DNA of 64,000 nt, taken from the NCBI RefSeq assembly GCF_009914755.1, contig NC_060934.1, one strand, 5' to 3'. The stretch comes from the human T2T-CHM13v2.0 reference genome, Homo sapiens. The position numbers and the translations under genes were made by a program. Positions 14,198-27,958 of this stretch are shown here, one piece after another; the first letter of the stretch is position 1; each line of letters begins with the position of its first letter. Below the pieces are notes generated by a model. The model had not been told where the DNA came from. It did not search any database and saw nothing but the letters and a program-made list of their open reading frames with translations.

Positions 14198-15109
14198 TAC
14201 TTTCGCTCATTTTAATATATTACAAATAATTTTGGCTTTCTGAAAGAAAATAACTATCACATGGATAGGGATATGCTTTTTAAAAGGAGATGGATGAGGG
14301 GAATGAGCTCACATAGGTTAAGAGTTCTTCAATTTTTGGTGCTTTTTATTTGCATTTTTCTACTTTTTCCAAAATAATTGTATATTCACTAGTATTATTT
14401 GATCATAATGAGCTGCTTATTCTCCTCTTTCTGAGGTGTTTTTAACCTGCTGAATATTGGTGACCTCTTTATCCTTCTGTTGGGGCTCAAGAATCCTCCA
14501 TGGAGAAGCTCTTGGGAAGTCACATGTCTCCCAGACTGTGCTCTCACACGTATAGCCCTGTACTTATATACAGGAAAGCATTCTGCAAGCTGGATTATTC
14601 TGGCATTGTTGAGTGATCTTGAATTAGGAACCAAGTGAGAAACAAGACAAAGAGTAGGATAAATGGAGGCAAAACATTACCATTATTACTAATAAAATCT
14701 GGGTTACAGGATGTACCTTAGGTATGAGAGCCAGCTAGTCTTCCCAAATTGAACCCTATCATTGGGCAGAATTACCTGCCCTGTCACAGAAGCTCAGAGA
14801 GGGGCAAACTTCACTATTGTGAAGAGAAGGGCCTTTCCCTGGAGAAGCAGCAATGCCAGCCCTCTGTGGGAAGCTCCCTTCCATGAGGAAAAGAAGAGAA
14901 GTTGGGATGAGCACACATAGCTGTTTACTTCCAAGTTTATCAATCAGATGAGTCATGCCACCTCTCCTGGTGCAGAGTGAGGAAAGGGGAAGAGAAAGGT
15001 ACTTAGTTTTACTAATTGAGCTTCATTCACGTGGAAGGAAGTATCAAGAGTGGGAAAGATGTTCTCCTCTCCCGCTTGTCCCAAAGCTACAACTGTAACT
15101 CTGCTACTA

Positions 15110-15285
15110 CCTTTGCTACCCAATACGGTATCTACTATGTGTGACTATTTAAACTTTAATTTATTAAAATTAAATAAATTTAAAAATTCAGCTTCTGAGT
15201 CACACTGGTCATATTTCAAATGCTCAGTAGCCCCATGTGTCTTGTGGCTACCATATTAGACAATACAGTTATAGAACATTTCCAG
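15110..15285. mobile_element. MER3-like hAT MITE
   Basis: aaaattcagcttctgagtcacactggtcatatttcaaatgctcagtagccccatgtg ... gtggctaccatatt. Confidence 0.7.
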
Positions 15286-15384
15286 TGGATGGAGCTATTA
15301 TGAGATTTTACCCTATTCATCTTTGTGTTATCAATGCCTATAAAAAGGCCTGACTCTAAGGCCCTCAGAAATGTTTGCTGGAAA

Positions 15385-16020
15385 GGCACACTGGTTCATG
15401 CCTATAATCCTAAGACTTGGGGAGGCCAAGGTGGGAGGATCACTTGAGCCCAGGAGTTTGAGACCAGCCTGGGCAACATATAGGGAAAACCTCTCTCTAC
15501 AAAAAAAATAAAATAATAATAATAATAATAATTAAATTAACTAGGCATGGTAGTGTACACCTGTGGTCCCAGCTACTTGGGAGGCTGTATTAGTTCATTC
15601 TCATACTGTTGGTAAAGACATCCCTAAGACTGGGTAACTTAGAAAGAAAAAGGTTTAATGGACTCAACATTCCACATGGCTGGGGAGGCCTCACAATCAT
15701 GGCAGAAGGCAAAAGGCACTCTTACATGGTGGCAGACAAGACACAATGAGAGCCAAGCCAAAGAGGAAACCCCTTATAAAACCATCAGGTCTCATGAGAC
15801 TTCTTTACTACCACAAGAACAGTATGGAAGAAACGGCTCTCATGATTCAATTATCTCCCACCAGGTCCCTCCTACAACCTGTGGGAATTATGAAAGCTAC
15901 AATTTAAGATGAGATTTGAGGTGAGAGGATCACTTGAGCCTGGGAGGTCAAGGCTGCAATGAGCCATGATCGGGCCACTGCAACAGAATGAGCAACAGAG
16001 TGAGACCCTGTCTTAAAAAG
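15385..16020 (+). mobile_element. AluJ split by a THE1 LTR (Alu parts about 15385-15585 and 15919-16020)
   Basis: AluJ features (ggaggatcacttgagcccaggag; aggtcaaggctgca); (AAT)n expansion in the linker. Confidence 0.9.
15586..15918 (-). mobile_element. THE1B/C-type MaLR LTR, missing about 26 bp of its 5' end
   Basis: tgtattagttcattctc ... ggctggggaggcctcacaatcatggcagaagg ... gatgagatttg. Confidence 0.9.
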
Positions 16021-17279
16021 GTTTTGGTTAAATGAATACATGAAAGTGGACCACTGCCATTTTGTTTTTCAAATCTGCATGTTGTAAAATTCTTTCCATT
16101 TTAGTGCAGCATAGATATCTTGTTAAATGAAATAAATCAGTTGAAGAATATGCATTCTATAATATTATTTTTATTTAGAAATAATTATTTGTATTCATGT
16201 GTGTGTGCAGGATGGGTTGGTGGTTGTTAAAAGCATGGAAAGAAAGTCTTGAAGTGTACATATCAGACTGTATATATCATCTGGTGGTTGAAACTGAGGG
16301 AAAGGAATAAGAAATACCTTTTTTATTTAAAAATCTTGTTCCTAGAAAACTGAATTACTTTTGAGTAAAAAAACTAGCAAATTAGGTAGTATGTTAACTT
16401 TCTAGATACTCTAAGAAAATAATGGCTCTTTTCAATGTCAAGTATTAATGAAAGGCAATTTTAAGGCAATCTTAGCACTTTATGTGTTAAGAAAAACTGT
16501 ATTGAAGCCTAAGGACAAATAACAACCATCAGTCTAATGGATACTGCATGTAAACCACGAATTCTGTTTTGTTAGGAGTGTGCAAAATAATGTTTTATTT
16601 CCCAAAAATATAGCTTCTCTGCTATGCTGCAGAGAAGGATAGGGCCAGATGGCACAGTTCTCATTTTTCTGTTAGACCGCTTGACCCAGCAGTATACTTT
16701 CTCCGACCTCTCCTTATTGAAATTACTTTTGTTCATTGCAGAAGTAATCTTCACCCTGGAAACAGACCTAGTTGTGGTGTCCGTGTCAGAATACTGATAT
16801 ACTGACTGTGATAATCCTTTTGCGGCCTTACCTCACTCCTCATTTGATAGTTTATAAGCTCACAGATGCTGGACCAGAATTCAGTCCATAAAATTAAGAT
16901 ATTCCATTTCACAGGGCCAAATCTAAACTGCTGAAGCAAGAACACTAAAGCATGAAGTGGTGCCTTAAAAAGTAACTAGGGTCGTCTAACCCACAATAAA
17001 AATCAACCTGGTTTCAAAGGAAGATTTTTACATGCTGCAACAATTTCTTAGGAGAAAAAGGCTCTAATTATGAGAATATAAAACTCAATGAGAATGACAA
17101 ATAAAATAATATAGAATGAGTAGTTCTATATTATTAGGAGCTCTGCTATTTTGTTTTATGCTCAGTTGATGGGAGAAAAGAATATTTTCATCAAACAATC
17201 GAAATGAATGAATTTAAAGGTATGATGTAATCACCTAGAAAAATGACATTAAAAGCAGTCTTGAAAATGAGCATTATAG

Positions 17280-17370
17280 CACACCAGCATGGCACATGCA
17301 TACATATGTAACTAACCTGCACATTGTGCACATGTACCCTAAAACTTAAAGTGTAATAATAATAAAAAAA
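17280..17370 (+). mobile_element. 91-bp 5'-truncated young L1PA 3' end with a 17-bp TSD
   Basis: cacaccagcatggcacatg ... gtaccctaaaacttaaagt plus tail; TSD gaaaatgagcattatag at 17263-17279 and 17371-17387. Confidence 0.95.
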
Positions 17371-17526
17371 GAAAATGAGCATTATAGAGATGATATCTTT
17401 GTCATTATTGCATACATTGACTAATATTCATTATTAAATCATGATGGTTCCAGGCTTGGATAAAATTCCATTAGGATGAATATATCCCTGGGGGTTGATA
17501 TTTGAAGAGGCTGAGCTGTTTGGTAA

Positions 17527-17673
<147 letters not shown>

Positions 17674-17940
17674 TGATGCACTAGGGGAGCCTGGGGTTGG
17701 TTAGTAACTCCAGTAGGAACACATGCAGAGTCTTGTGCTATATGAGTTTGTTCCATTTTTTGACACAGAGAGGTATTAGAGAATGGATCTTACAAAAAAT
17801 GATGCAGGAGGGAAAAAAAGATGTAACTTGGAAGACCAGTAAGTAGCCTACTTGCTAATAATCATAATATTAGATGACACTGATATATTTGTGTGAATAG
17901 AAAGATCTCCATAATTAAAATAATATAATAAAAAAATACC

Positions 17941-18357
<417 letters not shown>

Positions 18358-20954
18358 TCATTTTAATGCCCTTAGGCAAGTTGCTGAATACTCTGAGGAT
18401 GATAAGGATAGATATACATTAATGTTTTAAGTTATTTTCATAAAGAAATATTGATAGTAAAAACTACTAAAGGTGATAAATTATAAAGGAAGGGGTAAAA
18501 ATGGGGTAGACAAGGGTTATGAATGAAAAATCATACTTTATTTCTAAAACTTTTAATTTTTCAACAATATGAATTTATTTATATCTTAAAACTAAGAAAT
18601 TGAGTGAATTGGAAAATAGAATTTCTTTTAGATTAATGCTATACTATTGTATTACTAAAATACCTTAAATTTATTTCCACAGTAAAGCTATAATCATGTT
18701 TGTGTTTGTGTCATTATATGATAACCTATGATTTAAACTTATGTTTCTTTATTATATATCATTACAAGGAATTCATATCTCTGCATGTACTAAGTATAGA
18801 AGGAGATGGAGAAGGAAATGCGAATAGAAAGGAATTGATAGGCCAGTTTCCGTTTTTATAATTATCACTTTATAAATGAAGCATATTTATTTCCTCTAAT
18901 TTAACAAAATGATTGACTATAACTTATAGCTCATATATAGAGAGATTTACAGAGCTACAGTGAATAGAATGCAGTGGAAGATTATAAGTATTGTTGAATC
19001 ACAATTTAGGTAATTCTCCTTGGACTACTTTTGGATCAAGTGTATGCATATGTCAGTATTTACACCAGTGGCATGTCACACAAAAATGAAGAAAACAATA
19101 TTTATATTTTTATTATTCCTATTCTTTTGACTGATCTCTGAATGCCTGGGATAGAAGTAGAACTCAAGGCTGACTTCTTAAAAGATGTCATGAAATGACA
19201 TGTCTGACCACGGTTACAGTTAAAATTATATCTTATATTTTCCAATGTTAGAAGATAAGAAAATTTTAATATTTTGTAGTTTATAAGATAGATTGTTAGA
19301 GCTTATCATTTATTGTCTTATTGTTTAGATTGACTAAAGAATCAGGGAAAATTGAAAATCGCCATGGATGTAAATTATTTGAAAAGTTGCATAGGGAATT
19401 TGTCCTGACATTCTAGATTTGTTTTTTCTTTACTACATGGCTAATTCTTCGCTATGATGCAATGATGTGTTTATCCTTTGAGATGGATTTCTGACAGTCT
19501 TTTGTTACCACCCTGTTAGTGCAAATTTTACTGCCTAAAAGTAATGCTTTGTAACCAGTTTCAGCTGAAGACAGGTGCATTAGTCATGCCTTTTTACGAG
19601 TTTCATAGTAAGTATAAGTAGAAAAAGTGTGGAAATTACACCACAGGAACCAATTCCCTTGGCAATATTTCAGAGCACTCTGGGGATTCTGGGAGGGAAG
19701 TAGTACTAATATATTAGACTCTCTTGACACATTCAAGATCTTTTACTTTAAACCAGACATAAATTTCTACTAACTTACTTTTTTAGGTCACACAAGTTAG
19801 CTGCTATGATTCTTAGTTATGTAAATTACATAATAATTGTATTAATTTTATTCATTCTAATACTAATATATTAACAATATTAATTATATTAGTTCTAATT
19901 CTAACATATTAAAATCATTAAGAATATGTCACCATATACAATAATTAGAATATATTAAGTCTTAAGAAGCAGAAGGTGAGGTCAGCATACTTAAGTCCCA
20001 ATGGCAAAGAGCAGGAAAGAGAGGTGAATAATAAGAGAGTAGGCTCAGTTGAGCAGGCAAATAAGTTGTGGAACTGGAATTTTCTACAATTATATGTCAT
20101 ATGTTTTGTTTTAGGTGTACAGATGTCAACTTGTTTTCCCATGCATTTAAAAAATGTATAAAGGATAACCTTGGGCAAGATCTGTTTCTTGCTACCACCA
20201 AACTGGCTTTTTCTTAGAAAATGCTGTGAGATAGAGAGACACAATAGGGGCTGCCAAGCTACAAATGAAATTCCCCTTGTTCAGTTCCACTTATTTAAGT
20301 GTAAAACAATTTTTATTCTTCCATTAAGCACATTCACACAAAGAGAGAAGCATTATAAAATAAGCTTTGCCGTACTTGTTTTTCCCCCATTAAGCCTGTG
20401 CTATCTGATTTTTCTAAAACCTGAGGCAGAATGCTTGCAGTGATGATGGCTAAAATACTGGTGCTGCCTTAAGTAGAAGCTCAGTTAGTTCTCTACACTT
20501 CAATCACTCCGTTCCAGTTGCCTGGAAACGTGAGTTGCTTCTCCAACAGTGAACTATAAAGCACCGAAGATTCCTGCATATGTCCCTGCAGTTGTGTCAC
20601 ATCATAAAATGAACTATGTCTTTATAAATAAATCAAACCAAAATTGAACAGGGAACAGGATGGGTAAGCAAAGTTGCAGAGTTCTAATAGTAGCTCAAAT
20701 AGATTTTGATTTTTCTGATTCCATTCAACATACCTCGTATCCTACCATTGGAAAAAAATGTGATTCAAAAATTCTTGTCTATCAAATGGCATTTAAAATC
20801 ACATGGCTTTGCTTCATAAAGTTAACAAGTATTTAAACATGCCAATTAAATATGTTGCCTTAACACAATGTTCAGTGTTTTTTAATATAAAAAGTGTTCC
20901 GTTATGGAAATTTTATTTGCATATGTATACATATGTTTATGTATACATTATGGT

Positions 20955-23900
20955 GAAACCTCTGAGAAACATTTTTTTTAATATCAAGAACAAGATAAAG
21001 ATATACATTATTACCAATTTTGTTTAATGTGGTACTAGACATCCCAAATACTATAGTAAGTTAAGAAAAATAAATAATATTTGGAAATAAAGAAACAGTA
21101 ATTATTTATACATGATATGTTTTTAGTTTCTTTTAGGATTTTATATAGACATATATGTTATTAAAATTTAATAAGAGTTTAGCAAAATCGGCATTATTCA
21201 GTTCATTTTTCTTTATTAATGGAACTGTTCTATATCTCTACACAACCCAATATAACAGCTATTGGTCACACTTGCTATCTAAAGTAAAATTATCTGACTT
21301 AACTTTAATGTTAATTTCTCAGTAGTAGTAGCCACATTGCAATAGCTGCTAGTAGTGGCTGTCTTGGACATTATAGAACTGGATATTTTACTATAAATGA
21401 ATATTGAAAAAGCCATATCATTCAACATATTGTACCATATTAACAGTCTAAAGAAAAAAATCACATTATCATGCCAAATGATGCAGTGAAAGGGTGTGAC
21501 AAGTATAACATCCATTCATAATAAAACTTCTCAGCAAACTGAGAATATAAGAGAATGTTCTTGCCCTGATAAGTGGTATCTACAACATGCCTACAGTTAA
21601 CGTACTTAAGGTGAGAAACAGAGCAATCAGTAAATGAAAGTAACTGACAGCAAAAGGAAAGTCTTTTCAACAAATGGTGATGGAACCATTGGTAATCCAT
21701 GGACCAAAACAGGGGAACCTTGACCTAGACTTTATACCTTACATAAAAATTAAATGAAAATTGGTAATAGATTTAAAAGTAAAACATAAAGCTATAAAAC
21801 TTTCAAGAGAAATGTATGACTTGCGATTAGATAGGAAGAGTTCCTAGGCATGACACCACCAGCACAATCCATAAAGAAAAATGATAAAGTGGGCTTTATC
21901 AAATTTAGAAACTTTTATTCTGGAAAAACACTGTTCAGAGAATGGAAAGACAAATTACTAACAGGGAAAATTATTTGAAAAGTACACGTCTTGTAAGGGG
22001 TTTGTATTGATCCTATCCTTTATTGATCCTATTTAAAAAAACACCTAAAAATCAACAAAAAACACCAAAGTACCCACTTTAAAAAACAGAATGAAAGACT
22101 TGAACACATCAGCATGCAAGATACACAAATGGCAAATATGCACATGAAGAGGTGTTCAAAATGATTAGTCATTAGAAAAGTGCATATTGAAATCCTGAGA
22201 TACTACTGCATACTTAATAGAATGGCTAACTCTAAAAACAAAAATTAACAATATCAAGTGCTAGTGAGGATGCAGAGCAACTGGTATTCTCAATCACTGC
22301 TCCTGGGAATGCAAAATGGTAAAGCCATTCTGGAAAACAATTTGCAGTTTCTAATAAAGTTAAATAAACATTTACCGTATGACACAGCAATTACTCTTTG
22401 TGATATTTATTCTAGAGAAATGAAAATATAGCTCACACAAAAAACTCTGCATCAGTGTTTGTAGCATCTCTATTCATAATTGCCAAAACTAGAAATAAAC
22501 AAATTGTGTCATATTCATTCAATGAAATATTAGTCAGCAATAAAAAACATAAACTATTGAATCTTGCAACAACTTGGATGAATCTTAAAGGTCTAATGCT
22601 GAGTAAGAAAAAAAGGTCTGAAAAGGTTAAATATTGTATTATTTCATTTATATGGCATTCTCAAAAAGATAAAATTAGTTTGATGCAGAACAGACTATAA
22701 GGGTGAGGAATGAGAAGGATATGACTATAAATACATAGCGTGAAGGAGTTTCTGGAGGTGATGAAATTGTTCTGTGTCTAATTGTTCTGGGAATTAGACA
22801 AATCTATCCATGTGTTTAAGTTCCTACAACTATATTCCAAAAAAGAAGTAAATTTTACTATATGATAGAAGTAAATTTTACTATATGATAACTTAAAAAT
22901 TCATGTATATTTCTAAATACTGTAACATGTAACTAAAATACGTTTTTAAAATACCATTTCAAAAATCAAGTATCTAGGCATATCTATAACAAGAAAATGT
23001 TCGAGTCTTTTAAGAAGAAAATTGTATTTAAAATAGTATAATGAAGAGCAAAACACCAACATGGCAGAACATTAGAAAGAAAGAGAAACATATTGGGAGT
23101 TGCTACAGTAGATATCAAGACCTATTATAAGGTTCAGGTAATGGAAAAAAATGTGGACTTAATTTGACTGAAAACTGGACAAATATGTCAGTGTAAGAAT
23201 GGTGAGCCCAGATAAAGATCCATGATAATATGGAAACTTGATTTAGGATGGCATGGACATTACAGGTATCACAACAATTGGTTATGCATAGGGACATAAA
23301 TAAAATTGGATCCTTAGCTCACACCATACATAATGGCAGTTTCAGATGTAAATGTGAAAAGAAAAATTAGGAAAAAATTAAAAGATAATTGGGATAATAC
23401 TTCTATTATCTTGGGATAAGAAAGGATTTCTTGAATAAGATATTTTAAAATGCAAACAATAAAATATTACACGGTTAAGTGTAATTACATTAAAATTAAT
23501 ACATGTGTTCAACAGGACACCATAAAGATGATTTAGACAAACCATAGTCTTGTGAATGAACAACAACAAAAATAATCAGTCCAATAGAAAAATAGGCAAA
23601 AAGCATGATCAGACATATAATCAAAAGAAGCACAAGTGGCTCAGAAAATAAGATGATAAAATCTCCCACATCTATTAATAATAAGGGAAATGCCATCTAA
23701 TACCTACCTTTCTGGAAAAAAATCAGTCTGACAATATTAAGTATTGATAACAATATAATATAATATAATATGCATTTTCATCCATTGATGGTAGGAATGT
23801 AAGATTGTACCAAGAGTGAGTTAATACCTAGTAAAATGGAAGATGCATATACTTAATAACCTTGTTCTTTATTCATAGACGTTGGCCCTAGTGAACTCTT

Positions 23901-24115
23901 ACCCATGGACACTAGAACACATGCATAAGAATGTTCACAGTAACACAGTTAATAGCACCATAAAAACAAAGTATAACAAAAATAAAACTGGAAGCAACCC
24001 ACATTTATATCTACAGAATTAGTAAATTGCATAATATTCATATAATGGAATGCTGTTTAAACAAAGAAAATAAATTTTAGCTTTTATATGAACATGGGTG
24101 AATGAAAACCTCAAG
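20955..24115 (+). mobile_element. Cluster of old nested L1M fragments (most recognisable at about 21400-22895), with a MER3-like piece at about 21220-21385
   Basis: L1 motifs such as gtcttttcaacaaatggtgatggaac, gtgaggatgcagagcaactgg and an L1M 3'UTR. Confidence 0.7.
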
Positions 24116-25587
24116 AATAAGGGCCCAGTAACCTTTATTTTAGATCAGACTCCCTACTGAAGTTTCTGCATCTATAAAAGCCTCTTCAGCATGCAAATTA
24201 GTGTCTCTGTGATACAGCTTAGTGGTCACAGAGACACAGAGACACAGCTTAGTGGTAAGTAAAAGTGTTAAAAACTGAATTTCCATGGTTTTGAAACACT
24301 GTGTGGAGGAGTAATCAAATGGATCAGTGGAGAATAATAATTGAATTTCCTCCACCTTACACAGACCTTCTTAATACTTATAAAAATTCTGGTCTTTGAC
24401 ATCTAATCTCTAGATTCAGAAACTTGAAGCACAGTATTATTAAATGTGTTTAAGTGTTTGGCATTGTCTCAAGAAATTAGTTTTTTTACTTCATCACATT
24501 TTCCGGGTAGGTGAATTTTAACTAACCTTTCTGGATGACACATAGACAGTTTTGTGAATGTTAGCAGAGCTTGAGGGAGAAGTGAATTAACACAAAGGTA
24601 CAAGTTACTCTATTTTTGTTTTCATTCATGCAACAAAAAACATTATCACTTGCCTTCTGTTAAGTCACAAGTCCTGTGTGTTCTAGGCTATCTATGTTGT
24701 TAGTAATGACACATTCTGTTAAAACAATTTACAACTATTTATTGAGTGCTTATTATAATTTGTGGAGAATGCCAAAGAAATACAACTTTCTTTTAAGGGC
24801 ATTTTATTTATTATAGTAAAAAAGGGCCTATATGTAATTTATATATCTTTAGAAATAGAAATCCTACCAAATGAAGCATGTGGATTTTGAGGGATATAGT
24901 CAGTTACAGCCATGCAAGAAATCTTTATGAAAATGAGATGTGTCTTCAAATGAAAGCTGGATTCTTCTCAGGGAAAGGGACAGGCGTATCCTAGAGAAAC
25001 TAGGATATGCATATGGAGGCATTTAGAAGGATGTTCATTTCAGCAGAATGAATAAAAGAAAGAAAAAAATTGAAACAATATAATTGCCAATTTATAGGAT
25101 ATGGGTAAGTAAATATATTTACATAATGAAACAAAACTCATACGTTAAAATGAATGAAATAGATTTATACCTAAGAAAATGGAATAAATAATTAAAACAA
25201 TATTAAGAGAAAAAAGTAAGTTGCCGAATGAGGAATACTACCTATGTTATTAATATATTTTAAAAATTCATGTACATAAACACATCAAAAGATGGACAGA
25301 AATGCTCACCAAGTTCATTATAGTGGTTGCTTCATAAAGGCAGGAAAATTAGAATAGAGATGAGGAGTGAGATCAAATTTACTGGTAATGTATTATTTCT
25401 TTAAAATAACTTGAAAGGATAACAAAATATTTGGAGGTAAGCTCTTGTGGTTTTCCTGGGAATTTGTGATGTTGTTCTTTGGTCCTTTTGGTGGTAATTT
25501 AAATGCTTTTTCTTTATAAAAATAAGAAAAGAAACAAGAAACGGAATTAACTTCATTAATTAGTGTTCCTTTGTCCATTGTGGGTAA

Positions 25588-25719
<132 letters not shown>

Positions 25720-26103
25720 TAAGTAGATCATGTGTTATACAGGTTTTTGTTTGAGTGCTACATAAATTTCTGTCTGAAATTTTGAGCTCCTAGCACAATA
25801 GGCTTTTTATTTAGTGCTTATCTCAATATCAAATATGGACCCTTGATGATAAATACATTTTTATTTATTTTCAGCTGGACTTGGAATCTGTTTGAATACG
25901 TTGTGGAATAAATTCCTTAATTTCTAATAAATCAGTGTTATATTAATTGGAAACATTTTCAGGTTTGTGTCCTTAATTGCAATCTCTATAACAACTTCAA
26001 AGAGAGGAATTCCCTGCTAAACTTTGTGCAATGATTTTACTCAGAATCATTAAGATAGTTGGTTGAAATTTTTGAAATCCCTAAACCTGTTTGTACAAAC
26101 AAT

Positions 26104-27958
26104 TGTTATGGGGTCTTTGGGGTGTCAATTTCCTGGCTGGAAACCTGTGGCTGGTGGGCGCCTTCACCTGAGTTTTGCTTGGGCCCATTGGGCTCATTAT
26201 GCCCACTTGGCCTGGCAGGTTGCATTCAGTTCACACTACCGACCTGGTTCCCACATCTTCAAGGGAGACTGCAAGTCAGGCGTGAAGTGGCAAGGGGCAC
26301 GTGAGCGAGTGTGGGGTCTGGCCACTGCACAGGCAAACAAACTGGCTGCTGCCGTGAGGTGGGCAGCTCCAGGTGCTGGCATGGGATCTTTGTAAGGCTG
26401 CGGCCGAACCAGGCACACCACAAGCAGCTTCCCCGGCTAGCATCAGGGAATGTGGTCGTGCCTGGAAGCTTAGAGACACCAGGAACTGCATAGCCCCAAA
26501 GCGGGAGTCACAGCCCTGGCTCGGGGAGCTCCCAGGTCTGGGCCCCCCAAAGGGCTGCAGCTCTTCTCTCCTTGTCTTCACTTACAATGTGGCAAGCAAG
26601 GGGCATGTTTCAGCCCTGTTTGTATTACAACTCTTTTAGCCTCACCATTCAGTGGTTCCCGATTTCTTGACCTGTGACCGGGAAGAATGTGGTACGCAGA
26701 CAAGTGGAGGTTGAACAGGACAAAGAGGAGCTTTATTGAACACTAGAATAGCTCAGAGAAAACCTGCAGTGGGCAGCCCCTCTCCACAGCCAAGGTGTCC
26801 CAATGTGTGTTCAGCTCTTAGCAGAGAGGGTAGCTCCTCTCTGTAGGCAGGTCGTCCCAATGAGTGTTCAGTTGTCAACAGAGAGGGTAGCTCCTCTCTG
26901 CAGCTGGTCATCCCATCATCTGCAGCTCTCAGCAGAGAGGAGGCCCTAGAGTGGGTAGCTCCTCTCTGCAGCTGGTCATCCCAATATCTGCTCTGCTCTG
27001 GTTAAGCCTGGGGCTTTTATGGGCCTCAGAGGGGCAGAAGTACATGCTGATTGGTTCATGAGTGGCAATAGGCAGGTCCAGAAAAGGCACTGCAAGTTCC
27101 CACTCTTGTCCATGGGACTGGCAGCCTGGCCTCCAGCCTTCAGGCCCTCCCTGGTCTGAAGGTGGGGCCTTAATGGGGATCCACCACGTTTCTGCCCAGG
27201 AACCTGTCTGCCTCCTGCTGCCATTCATGACACCCAGGCTGTAGGTGCCAGGGGCACCTGCAGGCCAGCACCAAGCTGCCGTCAGCCCACCACTGGATTC
27301 CCTCCTATGCTCATTGGCACCCAAAGCCCAGAGGGGGGTGAGTTGTCAGGGGACTGGCATGCCAGCACTGCCCTGAGCATGTGCACACCTGGCCGGACTG
27401 TGACAGTGCCTGGGCTCAGTCCCAACTTTCCTCCAAAATCAGAATAGGAGCCAAAAACAGAGAGAAGCCAGGCAGTGGGAGCAGGCACCTCTGATCCTGT
27501 GAGGGCCAGGGGGCCCTTCCCAGACCCCTAAGAGTGCAGAAATGCCTGGGTCTAGCTACCTCCAAGAGGGCAGGGATCTTGTCAGCTCCTAGTCCCCCAA
27601 CAGCACAGGGGAGGCCCGGGTCCATGGCCGTGACTTCGGGCAGCTGTAGCTGCACCGGGGAGAAAAGGGCTCCTGCTTCCCCCTGCCTGCCCATGACTTG
27701 GGTGGCTGCAGCCTTGCCCTGGAAGACAGGGCTCCTGCCTCCTCCCAGCCCCAGGAGCACAGGGATGCCTGGGCCCACAGTCGTGGCTTAGGCAGCTGCA
27801 GTGGTACCCAGGGAGCTCCCATCCCAACTCAGAAGGGGTGGGGGTCCCTCCTGTCCCCGGCTCCTGCTGGCTCCATGGGTGTGCAGACCTGGCCATACCT
27901 CCCTGCTGCACCCAGTGTGATGGCAGCAGCAGCTCCAGATGGCCTGCCACTGCCATCA
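26104..27958 (-). mobile_element. MER52-family solo LTR (ERV1), 1855 bp, with 4-bp TSD CAAT
   Basis: Minus strand begins TGATGGCAGTGGCAGGCCATCTGGAGC and ends CCCCATAACA. CAAT at 26100-26103 and 27959-27962. Internal gggtagctcctctctg repeats at about 26770-26990. Confidence 0.9.

Noticed and set aside
22844-22889. Perfect 23-bp tandem doublet (similar 17-bp triplet at 38489-38538)
   Set aside because: Ordinary slippage duplications inside L1 relics, with no spacers and nothing CRISPR-like.
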